DNA of 24,277 bases from Zetaproteobacteria bacterium (GTDB lineage Bacteria > Pseudomonadota > Zetaproteobacteria > Mariprofundales > Mariprofundaceae): the NCBI GenBank assembly GCA_021545595.1, contig JAJRVG010000054.1, positions 1-24,277 of the forward strand, read 5' to 3'. Positions 8,729-18,332 of this stretch are shown here, piece after piece. A program made the position numbers and the translations under genes. Under the pieces are notes generated by a model that saw only the letters and a program-made list of their open reading frames with translations, was not told where the DNA came from and did not search any database. Numbering within the stretch: the first letter of the stretch is position 1; the number at the start of each line of letters is the position of its first letter.

Positions 8729-10024
8729 ATGACAAACACAGTTGCGATTGGAATCCAGTGGGGTGATGAGGGTAAAGGCAAGATTGTCGACCTTCTGGCA
8801 CCAAAAATGGATGTCGTAGCCCGGTTTCAGGGAGGGCCGAATGCTGGCCATACACTGGTTATCGGTGATGAAACCACTGTTCTGAATCATATTCCCTCCG
8901 GTATCCTGCACACAGACACGCTTAGCCTGATTGGCAACGGTACGGTGGTGGATCCATTCCGTCTGGTTGAGGAGATGGATATGCTCCTGGCAGCAAAGAT
9001 TCCTGTCCATGAACGTTTGCGTATCTCTGATCGCTGTCAGTTGATTCTTCCCTATCACCGTGCTCTTGATGCTGCCCGTGAAGCCGCGAAAGGTGATGGG
9101 AAAATCGGAACTACAGGTCGGGGCATCGGTCCCTGCTATGAAGACAAAACGGCACGCCGTGGCATTCGACTGGTCGATTTGACCTGCGAGGATCTGGATG
9201 CACGCCTTGACGAAAATCTTCGTTATGTAAATTTCATGCTGACCCAATTTTTTGGTGCGGAGCCTGTCTCTCGCTCAGATGTTGTGGAAGCACTTGATCT
9301 GGCACGTGAGCGGCTCCTGCCACTGGCTGCAGATGTCCCTCTAATTCTACAGCAGAGAAGCAGGGCGGGCGATCGCATTCTGTTTGAAGGCGCGCAGGGC
9401 TCCATGCTGGATGTGGATCACGGTACCTACCCGTTTGTAACGTCATCCAATACCGTTTCCGGTGCTGCCCTTGCAGGTCTGGGTGTTGGCCCCGGCCAGG
9501 TGGATGAAGTGCTTGGTATCTGTAAAGCCTACACAACACGGGTAGGTGCAGGGCCGTTCCCTACAGAGCTTTATAATGCTGAGGGTATGTGTGACAGTGA
9601 AAATTCCGGCAGACATATGGCTGAGAAGGGGCATGAGTTCGGTGCAACTACAGGACGTCCACGCCGTACAGGGTGGTTTGATGCGATTGTTGTACAGCAT
9701 GCCGTGCGTATCAATGGTGTTACCGGCCTGGCGATTACCAAGCTTGATGTTCTTGATGGCCTGAAAGAGGTGAAACTCTGTGTTGCCTACGAGTGTGATG
9801 GCGAGCGGGTGGAATATATCCCTGCTGATTGCAAGGTGCTTGAAGCATGCATGCCAGTTTATGAGACACTGCCCGGATGGAGTGAGAGCACGTTTGGTGC
9901 CACCTCACAGGAACAACTGCCTGAGAATGCAAAAGCTCTACTCAAGCGCATTGAAGATGTATGCGAGTGCCCGATAACGATGCTATCGACCGGCCCGGAC
10001 AGGGATCACATTATTCACTTGTAA
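8729..10024 (+). CDS. purA: Adenylosuccinate synthetase
   Basis: GIQWGDEGKGK, RFQGGPNAGHT, FEGAQG.MLDVDHGTYPFVTSS and EFGATTGRPRR motifs. Start moved from 8705 to ATG 8729, which follows a GAGGA RBS. Confidence 0.98.
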   Translation: MTNTVAIGIQWGDEGKGKIVDLLAPKMDVVARFQGGPNAGHTLVIGDETTVLNHIPSGILHTDTLSLIGNGTVVDPFRLVEEMDMLLAAKIPVHERLRISDRCQLILPYHRALDAAREAAKGDGKIGTTGRGIGPCYEDKTARRGIRLVDLTCEDLDARLDENLRYVNFMLTQFFGAEPVSRSDVVEALDLARERLLPLAADVPLILQQRSRAGDRILFEGAQGSMLDVDHGTYPFVTSSNTVSGAALAGLGVGPGQVDEVLGICKAYTTRVGAGPFPTELYNAEGMCDSENSGRHMAEKGHEFGATTGRPRRTGWFDAIVVQHAVRINGVTGLAITKLDVLDGLKEVKLCVAYECDGERVEYIPADCKVLEACMPVYETLPGWSESTFGATSQEQLPENAKALLKRIEDVCECPITMLSTGPDRDHIIHL

Positions 10025-10031
10025 CTATTTT

Positions 10032-10066
10032 AAAAAAACTGACTGCGCATGATGCGCAGCCAGTTT
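10032..10066. terminator. Intrinsic terminator between convergent purA and csp (U-tail on the csp strand)
   Basis: AAACTG-A-CTGCGCA-TGA-TGCGCAG-C-CAGTTT hairpin. The A run at the left end gives a poly-U tail on the minus strand. Confidence 0.8.
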
Positions 10067-10077
10067 GGATGTTTAGA

Positions 10078-10290
10078 TTAAAGAGGGGTTACGTTCTCTG
10101 CCTGAGGACCCTTTTCACCCTGAGTCACTTCCATAGTGACGTTCTGGCCTTCATGCAGCGTCTTACGGCCACCTGTATCGTTGATTGCGCTGAAGTGTAC
10201 AAAAACATCTTTGCCACCTTCCTGCTCGATAAAGCCGAAACCTTTCTCGTCATTAAACCACTTAACTGTACCTGTTACTTCGTTTGACAT
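10078..10290 (-). CDS. cspA: Cold-shock protein (CspA family)
   Basis: [15 protein letters not shown] (RNP1) and DVFVHFSAI (RNP2); 70 aa. The specific paralogue name is uncertain. Confidence 0.95.
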   Translation of the reverse strand: MSNEVTGTVKWFNDEKGFGFIEQEGGKDVFVHFSAINDTGGRKTLHEGQNVTMEVTQGEKGPQAENVTPL

Positions 10291-10476
10291 ATTACTATAT
10301 TACTCTCTTAATAAAAATTTTCCCGACTTTCACGGGTGTTACAATTCATAATTCCACATTAAAGCAGGGATGAAAGCAAACAATTTGATATATAGCTGAT
10401 AAAAACAGGGCTCAGAGAGTCCATAGAAGTCGCCGTTGATAGTGAAAAACAGGGGGTGATCCGTTAAGCTCCCTGC

Positions 10477-11658
10477 ATGGTTCCGGAATTTATTTTTTCA
10501 TCAACGCCTCATATCCACTTTGGTGCTGGCAGACGATCAAAACTGAATGAATTGATCAAAAACTATGGAAAAAAGCTGCTTCTGGTGACCGGGGCAAACT
10601 CATTTGATGAGTCCGGTCGCTGCCAGGAGCTGCAGAAAGAGCTGCGTAATCATTTTGATCTCAGACAGGTTAGAGTCCCGGGTGAACCTTCGCCTGAAGT
10701 TGTGGATGAAGCGGTGACAGCATTTTCCCTGTTCTCTCCCGATTGCGTCGTTGCGGTTGGTGGCGGCAGTGCCATTGATGCGGGCAAGGCGATTGCCGGG
10801 CTTCTGCCGGGTGGCGACTCGGTTCTGGAGTATCTGGAAGGCGTGGGCAGGGGAAGGGCATACCGGGGGCCATCAACACCGTTTATTGCTGTTCCTACCA
10901 CAGCAGGTACGGGCGGGGAGACGAGCAAAAATGCAGTCATCTCTATTGTTGGTGATCAGGGTTTTAAAAAATCCTTTCGTCATGAGCTGCTGGTGGCCAG
11001 ACATATCATTCTTGATCCGGAGCTGACGCTGGAGTGTCCGGCAGGCCTGACGGCTGCCTGTGGCATGGATGCATTAACACAGCTGCTTGAGTCCTATGTC
11101 TCGATTGGTGCAGGCCCAATGACCGATGCTTTGGCTATAAGTGGGCTGGAGAGGGTGCGGAACTCTTTGCTGACTGCTGTCGAGGATGGTGATGATATTG
11201 ATGCCCGTGCAGATATGTTGTACGCATCATCACTGTCAGGGCTGACGCTGGCAAATGCTGGCCTGGGTTCCGTTCATGGGCTCGCCTCTCCGCTGGGGGC
11301 CTATTTTCCAATCCCACACGGTGTGGTTTGCGGTACACTTCTTTTTGAAGCAACAGAGGCCAATATTGTCGCCATGTATGAGAGGGCGGCAGATCATCCA
11401 GCACTTGAGAAATATGCTGATGCAGGTCGCCTGTTTACAGAGCAGGAATCACTGGACTCATACGCTGCACGTGAGGCACTGCTTGGCATACTGCAAGCGT
11501 GGAGCGGACGGCTGCAGATGCCACGACTCTCCCGGTTTGGTGTCAGCGAAGAGGATATTGATCGCATTGTGGTGGCAAGCCGTGGCAACAGTATGCAGAC
11601 CAATCCTGTAAGGCTTACTGATCAGGAGATTGCCGGGATTGTTCGTCGTCGACTGTAG
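10477..11658 (+). CDS. Iron-containing alcohol dehydrogenase family protein
   Basis: AVGGGSAIDAGK, AVPTTAGTGGE, GMDALTQLLESY and GLGSVHGLA...IPHG motifs. Confidence 0.92.
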   Translation: MVPEFIFSSTPHIHFGAGRRSKLNELIKNYGKKLLLVTGANSFDESGRCQELQKELRNHFDLRQVRVPGEPSPEVVDEAVTAFSLFSPDCVVAVGGGSAIDAGKAIAGLLPGGDSVLEYLEGVGRGRAYRGPSTPFIAVPTTAGTGGETSKNAVISIVGDQGFKKSFRHELLVARHIILDPELTLECPAGLTAACGMDALTQLLESYVSIGAGPMTDALAISGLERVRNSLLTAVEDGDDIDARADMLYASSLSGLTLANAGLGSVHGLASPLGAYFPIPHGVVCGTLLFEATEANIVAMYERAADHPALEKYADAGRLFTEQESLDSYAAREALLGILQAWSGRLQMPRLSRFGVSEEDIDRIVVASRGNSMQTNPVRLTDQEIAGIVRRRL

Positions 11659-12208
11659 GCTTCTCTCTGCCCATCAGTTCGGGCCATGCGTCACGGATGT
11701 ATTCATAGCCGGACCATAAAGTAAGGATTGCGGCTACCCAGAGCAGGAATAGCCCGACTGAATGCATATCGATTCCAGCCAGCTCTATATGCAGAAGCAG
11801 GGCGATGATTGAGACCATCTGGGCCGCTGTCTTCATTTTACCAAGTATGGAGACGTGCACGGTGGTAGCGTGTTCAGCCAGCCACTCGCGCAGGGCGCTG
11901 ATGGTGATTTCACGCCCGATAATAATCATGGCAAGCAGTGCAGGAACCCGTTCTGCTTCAACCAGCACCACCAGGGCAGCTGCCACAAGCAGTTTGTCTG
12001 CAACAGGGTCAAGGAAGCGTCCAAAAGCGGTCTCTTCACCCCGTGTTCTTGCAAGGTATCCGTCCAGCCAGTCGGTCACGGAAGCCAAAGCAAAGATAAA
12101 GGAGGCTAGAATGTAACCTGAAAATCCAGGAAGATAGAAGGCAATGATAAAAAGAGGGATGAGCAGGACACGCCCGATTGTCAGCTGATTTGATACTGTC
12201 CATTGCAT
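11615..12208 (-). CDS. pgsA: CDP-diacylglycerol--glycerol-3-phosphate 3-phosphatidyltransferase
   Basis: NQLTIGRV, ASVTDWLDGYLAR...FGRFLDPVADK (CDP-alcohol phosphotransferase motif) and REITISALRE...GKMKTAAQM. Start set at ATG 12208 (MQWTV); the track's 22-aa extension looks spurious. Confidence 0.95.
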   Translation of the reverse strand: MQWTVSNQLTIGRVLLIPLFIIAFYLPGFSGYILASFIFALASVTDWLDGYLARTRGEETAFGRFLDPVADKLLVAAALVVLVEAERVPALLAMIIIGREITISALREWLAEHATTVHVSILGKMKTAAQMVSIIALLLHIELAGIDMHSVGLFLLWVAAILTLWSGYEYIRDAWPELMGREKPTVDDEQSRQSPDQ

Positions 12209-12330
12209 ACCCTTATTTATGACTGATCCTGATAAGTTGGTAAAGTTTTTTTCTCTCTCTGTCTCTGCATGCACCCGGTTAAAACGGTAGTTATTGGGGC
12301 TAAGTTGTTGACCTTAAAGGGCCTGCGCTA

Positions 12331-12544
12331 TAATCCACAGAAACTGTGGATAACTTCGTGGATAACTCTTCAGTTTTTTAACTAAAATATGACTCTGTCG
12401 GAGAGTATAATCTATTGCCTAATTAATAGGCAATAGATAAAGATCAATTATTTCAATAAAATGCAGTATAATATGTGCGTTATGATTGAAGCAAAGCCAC
12501 TAATTAAAGAAAATTTATCTTTTTCACCTTCGGGCAGTGGATAA
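12331..12544. promoter_or_regulatory. DnaA-box cluster element, copy 1 (DARS-like): boxes at 12331-12339, 12345-12353, 12357-12365 and 12536-12544; Fis-consensus site 12417-12431; IHF-like site 12451-12463
   Basis: TAATCCACA-gaaac-TGTGGATAA-ctt-CGTGGATAA, then GCCTAATTAATAGGC, TTTCAATAAAATG and AGTGGATAA. The boxes are read directly from the sequence; the DARS function is inferred. Confidence 0.7.
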
Positions 12545-12550
12545 AGATCA

Positions 12551-13018
12551 TCATTTGGTAATATTGATCTGCCTGAGCGCTTCATAGACAACAGCAGAAC
12601 AGGCAGATGAAAGATTGAGCGAACGAACGGGCAGGTCGCTGCGCATAGCCAGTTTTATCGGTGAGATCTGTCGGCGAATAAAACCGGGCAGGCCTCTCGA
12701 TTCAGGGCCCAGAACCAGTACGTCTGCCACTCTGAATTCTACCTCCCACGTTAATGTGGTTGCCTTGGTGGAGAGGGCATACCAGTTTCGGTTCTCTCCA
12801 AGCCCGTCTCTTACGCTCTGCCAGTCCGGATACTCTTTCACTTCAAGATACTCCCAGTAGTCCAGCCCGGCACGTTGAAGCTGTTTTTCATCCAGACTGA
12901 ACCCCAGAGGGTGAACCAGATGCAGCTGGCAGCCTGTGCAGGCGCAGAGACGGGCAATGTTGCCCGTATTCGGAGGTATTTCCGGCTGATAAAGGACGAT
13001 ATGAAGAGGGGGAGTCAT
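12551..13018 (-). CDS. trmL: tRNA (cytidine/uridine(34)-2'-O)-methyltransferase, SpoU/SPOUT family
   Basis: HIVLYQPEIPPNTGNIARLC, RAGLDYW, LGPESRGLP and RSLNLSSAC..VVYEALRQ motifs. Start is ATG 13018 or TTG 13027. Confidence 0.93.
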   Translation of the reverse strand: MTPPLHIVLYQPEIPPNTGNIARLCACTGCQLHLVHPLGFSLDEKQLQRAGLDYWEYLEVKEYPDWQSVRDGLGENRNWYALSTKATTLTWEVEFRVADVLVLGPESRGLPGFIRRQISPIKLAMRSDLPVRSLNLSSACSAVVYEALRQINITK

Positions 13019-13153
13019 ATCCGACAACTCTGGTTGGCTTGCCCGGATCAGTCTATGGCTATTTGAATGGGTGCCAGACGTGGCTATTCAGTTAGCTGAA
13101 GTCACCTTTTTGAGGGCTTCTTAACACTGATTTGAGATCAGAGTAGCCCGTTT

Positions 13154-13855
13154 TCAGATCTCTTCACCTGACAACAATTTTGCCGCAGCTTCATGGTCTA
13201 CATGCCGAATATCATGGCCGCGCTCTATATAGATAAGCATTTCAGAAATATTCGTGGCATGATCAGAGATACGTTCAAGGTTCTTGGCAACATTGGAGAG
13301 AATGATAGAGGCCGTGATATCTCTCGGGTCTTCTATCATGTAAGTGAGCAGTTCACGATACATACGCTTATAAAGCACATCAATACGTTCATCTTTTTCA
13401 ATCACTCTCATAGCCAATTCAGTATCACCACGAGAGAAGGCATTCAGTGTGCGATTGACCTGCTTCTGAACCTTTTTTCCCATCGTGCTGAGATTGGAGA
13501 ACTCCTTGGGTGGATGTTCCAGCGAACGAAGTGTGCCTTCGGCAATACCTGCTGACAGGTCACCCATACGTTCCAGATCTGTAACCACCTTAATGATACC
13601 CATGATGAATCGCAGGTCACCTGCTGCGGGTTGCCTGCGTACCAGAATATCACGGGTCATCTCGTCACACTGAACTTCCAGCGCATTGATCGCCTTGTCA
13701 CGCTCGATAGTTTTCTTTGCAAGTGCTTCATCCTGATCGAGCATTGATTTTACGGCATGGCCAATGGCGCGTTCGACCAGACCACCCATTGAGAGCACAA
13801 GCTCTTTAAGTTTGTCGAGTTCTTCATCAAAGCGTTTAATAGTATGTTGTGGCAT
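13154..13855 (-). CDS. phoU: Phosphate signalling/uptake regulator PhoU
   Basis: Two PhoU repeats (RQPAAGDLR...TDLERMGD; KNLERISDHATNISE); last gene of the pst operon. Confidence 0.96.
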   Translation of the reverse strand: MPQHTIKRFDEELDKLKELVLSMGGLVERAIGHAVKSMLDQDEALAKKTIERDKAINALEVQCDEMTRDILVRRQPAAGDLRFIMGIIKVVTDLERMGDLSAGIAEGTLRSLEHPPKEFSNLSTMGKKVQKQVNRTLNAFSRGDTELAMRVIEKDERIDVLYKRMYRELLTYMIEDPRDITASIILSNVAKNLERISDHATNISEMLIYIERGHDIRHVDHEAAAKLLSGEEI

Positions 13856-13865
13856 AGTTTTCTCC

Positions 13866-14627
13866 CTATCCGAATCGGCCGGTTATGTAGTCTTCGGTCT
13901 GTTGTTTTTCAGGCTGGGTAAAGATCGTGCCCGTTTCGCCAAACTCAATCAAATCACCCATGTAGAAAAAAGCTGTCTGGTCAGAAATGCGGGCTGCCTG
14001 CTGCATACTGTGGGTTACCATGATAATGGTAAACTCCCGCTTCAGTTCATCAATCAGCTCCTCAATCTTAGCTGTTGCGATTGGGTCCAGTGCCGAGCAA
14101 GGCTCATCCATTAAAATAACATTGGGTTGAACAGCAATGGTGCGTGCAATGCAGAGACGTTGCTGCTGCCCACCTGAAAGGGCGGTGCCGGGTGTATGAA
14201 GTTTATCCTTCACCTCCTTCCAGATGCTTGCCCGGCGAAGTGCAGTCTCAACCAGTTCATCCATATCAGAACCGCTCCCGGCAAGGCCGTGAATACGTGG
14301 CGCATACGCGACGTTTTCATAGATACTTTTCGGAAACGGATTCGGCTTCTGAAATACCATACCTACATGAGTGCGGAGCTGTACCACATCCACTTCCGGC
14401 GCATAGATATCATCCCCATCAAGCAGAATCTGGCCTTCGATACGGCAGCCGGGGATACGGTCATTCATTCTGTTCAGGCAGCGAAGCAGCGTGGATTTAC
14501 CACAGCCGGACGGGCCGATGAGAGCGGTCACTCTCTTTTCAGAAAACTCAATATCAATGCCATGCAGAGCCTCACTCTCTCCATACCAGAGTTTAAGGTC
14601 TTTAATATTTACCTTGGAAGTGTTCAT
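13866..14627 (-). CDS. pstB: Phosphate ABC transporter ATP-binding protein
   Basis: [46 protein letters not shown] and [10 protein letters not shown] motifs. Start is ATG 14627 just after the pstA stop. Confidence 0.97.
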   Translation of the reverse strand: MNTSKVNIKDLKLWYGESEALHGIDIEFSEKRVTALIGPSGCGKSTLLRCLNRMNDRIPGCRIEGQILLDGDDIYAPEVDVVQLRTHVGMVFQKPNPFPKSIYENVAYAPRIHGLAGSGSDMDELVETALRRASIWKEVKDKLHTPGTALSGGQQQRLCIARTIAVQPNVILMDEPCSALDPIATAKIEELIDELKREFTIIMVTHSMQQAARISDQTAFFYMGDLIEFGETGTIFTQPEKQQTEDYITGRFG

Positions 14628-14628
14628 C

Positions 14629-15819
14629 CTACCACCTTCTTTCAAAATGTTTACGCAGATATACAGCCAGACCATTCAGGCTGAGAAGCACAGTTAAAAG
14701 CACAAGGATCGCTGCTGCGGTGCGCTCCTCGTATGCACGGAGAGACTCTCCCGCCCACGTATAAATCTGGGCGGGAAGAACAGTTGCTGCTTCTAGAATA
14801 TTATCAGGGGCATCCGGAACATAGGCCACCATACCGACTATCAGCAGGGGGGCTGTTTCGCCCATGGCCTGAGCCAGTCCGATGATCGAACCAGTCAGGA
14901 TACCTGGCATGGCCAGTGGTAGTACATGATGCCATGTGGTTTGCCAGCGTGATGCTCCAAGTCCGAAAGCCGCTTCACGAATGGAACTGGGTACAGACTG
15001 CAGAGCGGCACGGGTAGCAATGATAATAATCGGTAGTGTCATCAGGGCCAGAGTCAGGCCACCAGCCAGTGCCGATGACCGTGGTACTCCTGCAAAATTG
15101 ATAAAAATAGCCAGCCCAAGCAAGCCGTATAGAATGGATGGGATGGCGGCCAGATTATTGATGTTAACCTCAATAATACGGGTAAAGTGATTGTCTTCAG
15201 AAAATTCCTCTAGATAAATGGCTGTCATTACACCAATGGGAACAGCTATGAGCATGGTGATAAGCAGTGTAAATATCGAACCAACGGCAGCAGAGAAAAT
15301 ACCGGCATTCTCGGGCAGTTTCGAGTCGCCGGAAGTGAAAAATCTAATATTGAACACTTGACGTATCCGACCCTCTTCAGCCATGGCATCGACTATACGT
15401 TGATATTTCGATTTCAGACCATGGCCATTATGCTGTTTAATATATTGATCTACACGACTATCGGCAGGCACCCATTGTTTAATATTGTTACCGATCAGCT
15501 CCGGATGTCTCTTCAGGTAGACGGGAAGGGTGCGCAACCAGGCACGACTAACCACCCGACGCAATTTATGATCCACAGCCTTGTTGTAGTTCGTTTTGGC
15601 AGCTTCAACATAGTGAATGTTTACTTTCACTTCGGTTTGGTAAAAAGCAGGAACCGCCTGACCGATGATGTCGACAAAAAAGAAAACCAGAAATGCCAAT
15701 GCCAGACCAAGTGCAGTTAAACCATACCAGTGGAACCGGCTATCAGCACGCTCACGCCGTTTTTGACGTAGTTTTTTCTCATCACTAATGAAATTGTTTG
15801 GTTGAGTAGAATTATTCAT
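14629..15819 (-). CDS. pstA: Phosphate ABC transporter permease PstA (extended N-terminus)
   Basis: [35 protein letters not shown] and [10 protein letters not shown] motifs. Confidence 0.95.
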   Translation of the reverse strand: MNNSTQPNNFISDEKKLRQKRRERADSRFHWYGLTALGLALAFLVFFFVDIIGQAVPAFYQTEVKVNIHYVEAAKTNYNKAVDHKLRRVVSRAWLRTLPVYLKRHPELIGNNIKQWVPADSRVDQYIKQHNGHGLKSKYQRIVDAMAEEGRIRQVFNIRFFTSGDSKLPENAGIFSAAVGSIFTLLITMLIAVPIGVMTAIYLEEFSEDNHFTRIIEVNINNLAAIPSILYGLLGLAIFINFAGVPRSSALAGGLTLALMTLPIIIIATRAALQSVPSSIREAAFGLGASRWQTTWHHVLPLAMPGILTGSIIGLAQAMGETAPLLIVGMVAYVPDAPDNILEAATVLPAQIYTWAGESLRAYEERTAAAILVLLTVLLSLNGLAVYLRKHFERRW

Positions 15820-17056
15820 ATTGCTGCCTGAATTTTCGTACTACCATGATTGAAATAATATTGAGTATCAGTGTGGCGATCAGCAGTACCAGTCCGAGTG
15901 CAAAAGCCGACAGTGTGAAGGCTGAATCGAACTCCTGGTCACCCGTTAGTGCTTCAACAATTTTTACTGTCACTGTGGTCATGCCTTCAAGAGGATTGGC
16001 GGTTAGATTTGGACGCAAACCCGCTGCCATGACTACAATCATAGTTTCACCGATAGCACGTGATATAGCTAGCAGGCAGGCGGAAACAATACCTGGAAGT
16101 GCAGCAGGCAAGACAATATGCCGGATGGTTTCCGCCTTGGTGGTACCTAACGCCAGCGAGCCGTCACGCAGCGATTGTGGTACTGCGCGAATGACATCAT
16201 CGGATAGGGAAGAGATAAACGGGATGATCATTATGCCCATGATCAGACCTGGTGCCAGTGCATTGGTGTAATCGGCTTCCAGTCCGAACGTATGGGCGAT
16301 ATTTACAATTAACGGGCTAATAGTTATGGCAGCAAAAAAACCGTACACAACCGTTGGAATGCCAGCCAATATTTCCAACATAGGTTTGAGGTGACCGCGG
16401 GCATTATGTGATGCATATTCAGACATATAAATCGCAGCAAACAGACCGATTGGAACGGCTACCAGCATGGCAATCAGGGTGATCATGAAGGTGCCGGCAA
16501 AAATTGGTAGCGAGCCGAAAAGTGGTGGCGCTACGCTCTCATTTGTACGCCCGGCACCGATCAGAAAAGCAGTGTCCGGTTGCCACTGTGTGCCAGTGAT
16601 AAAATCCCATATCGGAATAACCTTGAAAAAACGAACGGATTCAAACACAACTGAGAGTACGATACCGATAGTAGTCAGGATGGAGATAGCTGCTGCAGTA
16701 AACAGCAGACCGCGCATAACTTTTTCAACAGCCTGTCGGGCACGGAAATTGGCATTGATATGACTTAAAGCAAACCATAAACCGGCACTACCAAGACCAA
16801 GAGTGGTGGCCAGCAGCATTGGAGCAGGTACGGTGAACAGATTGAATATATGCGCAATGCTGAAAAGTAGTGATACAGCCAGTGCAGGTAATGCTATCCA
16901 GCTGACAGCATACAAGCCGTAAAAACCGGGTCGTGAGTGCAGGCGGACATCATCAGTTTCAAATGACAGGGCTTTGCCGCGTCCCATCCAGAAAGCCATG
17001 AAAGATAAGGGAACCAGGCCACCAAAGAGCCAAAAAAATAGATTAGCAGTGCTCAT
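15812..17056 (-). CDS. pstC: Phosphate ABC transporter permease PstC (extended N-terminus)
   Basis: LEILAGIPTVVYGFFA, SLALGTTKAET and SRAIGETMIVVMAAG motifs; overlaps the pstA start. Confidence 0.95.
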   Translation of the reverse strand: MSTANLFFWLFGGLVPLSFMAFWMGRGKALSFETDDVRLHSRPGFYGLYAVSWIALPALAVSLLFSIAHIFNLFTVPAPMLLATTLGLGSAGLWFALSHINANFRARQAVEKVMRGLLFTAAAISILTTIGIVLSVVFESVRFFKVIPIWDFITGTQWQPDTAFLIGAGRTNESVAPPLFGSLPIFAGTFMITLIAMLVAVPIGLFAAIYMSEYASHNARGHLKPMLEILAGIPTVVYGFFAAITISPLIVNIAHTFGLEADYTNALAPGLIMGIMIIPFISSLSDDVIRAVPQSLRDGSLALGTTKAETIRHIVLPAALPGIVSACLLAISRAIGETMIVVMAAGLRPNLTANPLEGMTTVTVKIVEALTGDQEFDSAFTLSAFALGLVLLIATLILNIISIMVVRKFRQQYE

Positions 17057-17204
17057 AAAGTGTATGCAAAACTCCGTGTGTTATTCATGCGTCCCCTTTC
17101 TGGTTGATAAAATTAACAGGGTGGTCTTTGAAGACCATAATTCTGATTAATAACGGGCCACAGCTCATATCAAAACCTGATTACGCCTGTATGCCTTTTA
17201 TTGG

Positions 17205-17238
17205 AAAAACCAGCCGGAGCAAACTCCGGCTGGTTTTT
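17205..17238 (-). terminator. Strong hairpin (terminator or mRNA stabiliser) between pstS and pstC
   Basis: AAAAACCAGCCGGAG-CAAA-CTCCGGCTGGTTTTT, a perfect 15-bp stem including the A/T flanks, with a T run on each strand. Confidence 0.85.
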
Positions 17239-17263
17239 TAAAAGCGAGCGAATAGTCAGTACT

Positions 17264-18301
17264 TTATTTTTTTGCAAAGTCTTCCAGCTTTATACGAACC
17301 AGTGATTTCAGATGGCTGCGATAGTGATCACGCATTTCCTTTGGCAGCGGGATCAGACCGATGTCTGCACATTCACCCTCATCACCGATCATGCGCTCGT
17401 TCATGAATAGATTGGCATATTCGAGGATGCCGGGAACTTTCTTGATGTGAGACTGCTTGATGTAGAAGTAGAGTGAACGAGACAGTTTATAGGAACCGTC
17501 CTGAACAGTTTCAGGTGCCGGAGCTACACCCTCAATGGTAGCAGCACTTATTTTATCAGTGTTTTCAGCTAGATAGCTGTATCCAAAAATGCCCAGTGCA
17601 GCAGTGTCTTTGGTTAGCTTCCGTACGATCAGGTTGTCATTTTCACCACTTGGTATATAAACACCATCCTGACGGATTGCGTGAAAATGCTTAAAACCTG
17701 CATCGTTATAGACTTTCCAGTGCTTGGTGTTGTGCTTAAGGATCATGTCCTCGAACGCATCACGGGTGCCTGAAGAAGTTGGTGGGCCGTAGATGGCGAT
17801 CTTGCGGTGCGGCAGCCTGGCATTGATCTCATTCCAGTAGTAATACGGGTTATTGACCAGAACGGACTCATCTTTACTTGGAACTTTGGCAGCAACAGCC
17901 AGCAGAAGTTCTTTACGAGTCAGATTGATGGCAGCGGTAGTTTTGGACTGTGCAATGGCAATTCCGTCATAACCGACAACTATTTCAGTAATATCTTTTA
18001 CACCATTTTCCTGACATTTCTTGTATTCTGTACTCTTCATGCGGCGTGATGCATTGGTAATATCCGGAGTGTTCATACCATTACCTGCGCAGAACAGCTT
18101 CATGCCTCCACCTGAACCTGTAGACTCTACAACCGGAGTTTTAAATTTGGTGGTGGAGCCCAGTGTTTCAGCAGTATAGCTGGAGAATGGGTAAACCGTG
18201 GATGAACCAACGATCCTGATCTGATCACGGGCTTCTGCCTGACCGATGAAGGCAAGGCCAAGAAAAGTTGCTGCCATGAGAATGGCGTATTGTTTTTTCA
18301 T
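17264..18301 (-). CDS. pstS: Phosphate ABC transporter substrate-binding protein
   Basis: Signal peptide MKKQYAILMAATFLGLAFIGQAEA, then IVGSSTVYPF, STGSGGGMKLFC, NASRRMK and GPPTSSGTRDAF. Start is ATG 18301 after a GGGAG RBS. Confidence 0.96.
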   Translation of the reverse strand: MKKQYAILMAATFLGLAFIGQAEARDQIRIVGSSTVYPFSSYTAETLGSTTKFKTPVVESTGSGGGMKLFCAGNGMNTPDITNASRRMKSTEYKKCQENGVKDITEIVVGYDGIAIAQSKTTAAINLTRKELLLAVAAKVPSKDESVLVNNPYYYWNEINARLPHRKIAIYGPPTSSGTRDAFEDMILKHNTKHWKVYNDAGFKHFHAIRQDGVYIPSGENDNLIVRKLTKDTAALGIFGYSYLAENTDKISAATIEGVAPAPETVQDGSYKLSRSLYFYIKQSHIKKVPGILEYANLFMNERMIGDEGECADIGLIPLPKEMRDHYRSHLKSLVRIKLEDFAKK

Positions 18302-18332
18302 AGTTTGGTATCTCCCGAATGAATTTGGGCGC

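Noticed and set aside
1719-9247. Long alternative ORFs such as 1719..2270(-), 4757..5296(+), 6391..6774(-) and 8654..9247(-)
   Set aside because: They lie opposite well-supported genes (serC, rnd, serA, purA) and have no recognisable motifs.
12331-12544. Interpretation of the DnaA-box clusters as oriC
   Set aside because: No dnaA, dnaN, gidA, mioC or parAB context, only four boxes per copy, and two copies. A DARS/datA-like role fits better, but GC skew is needed to exclude an origin fully.
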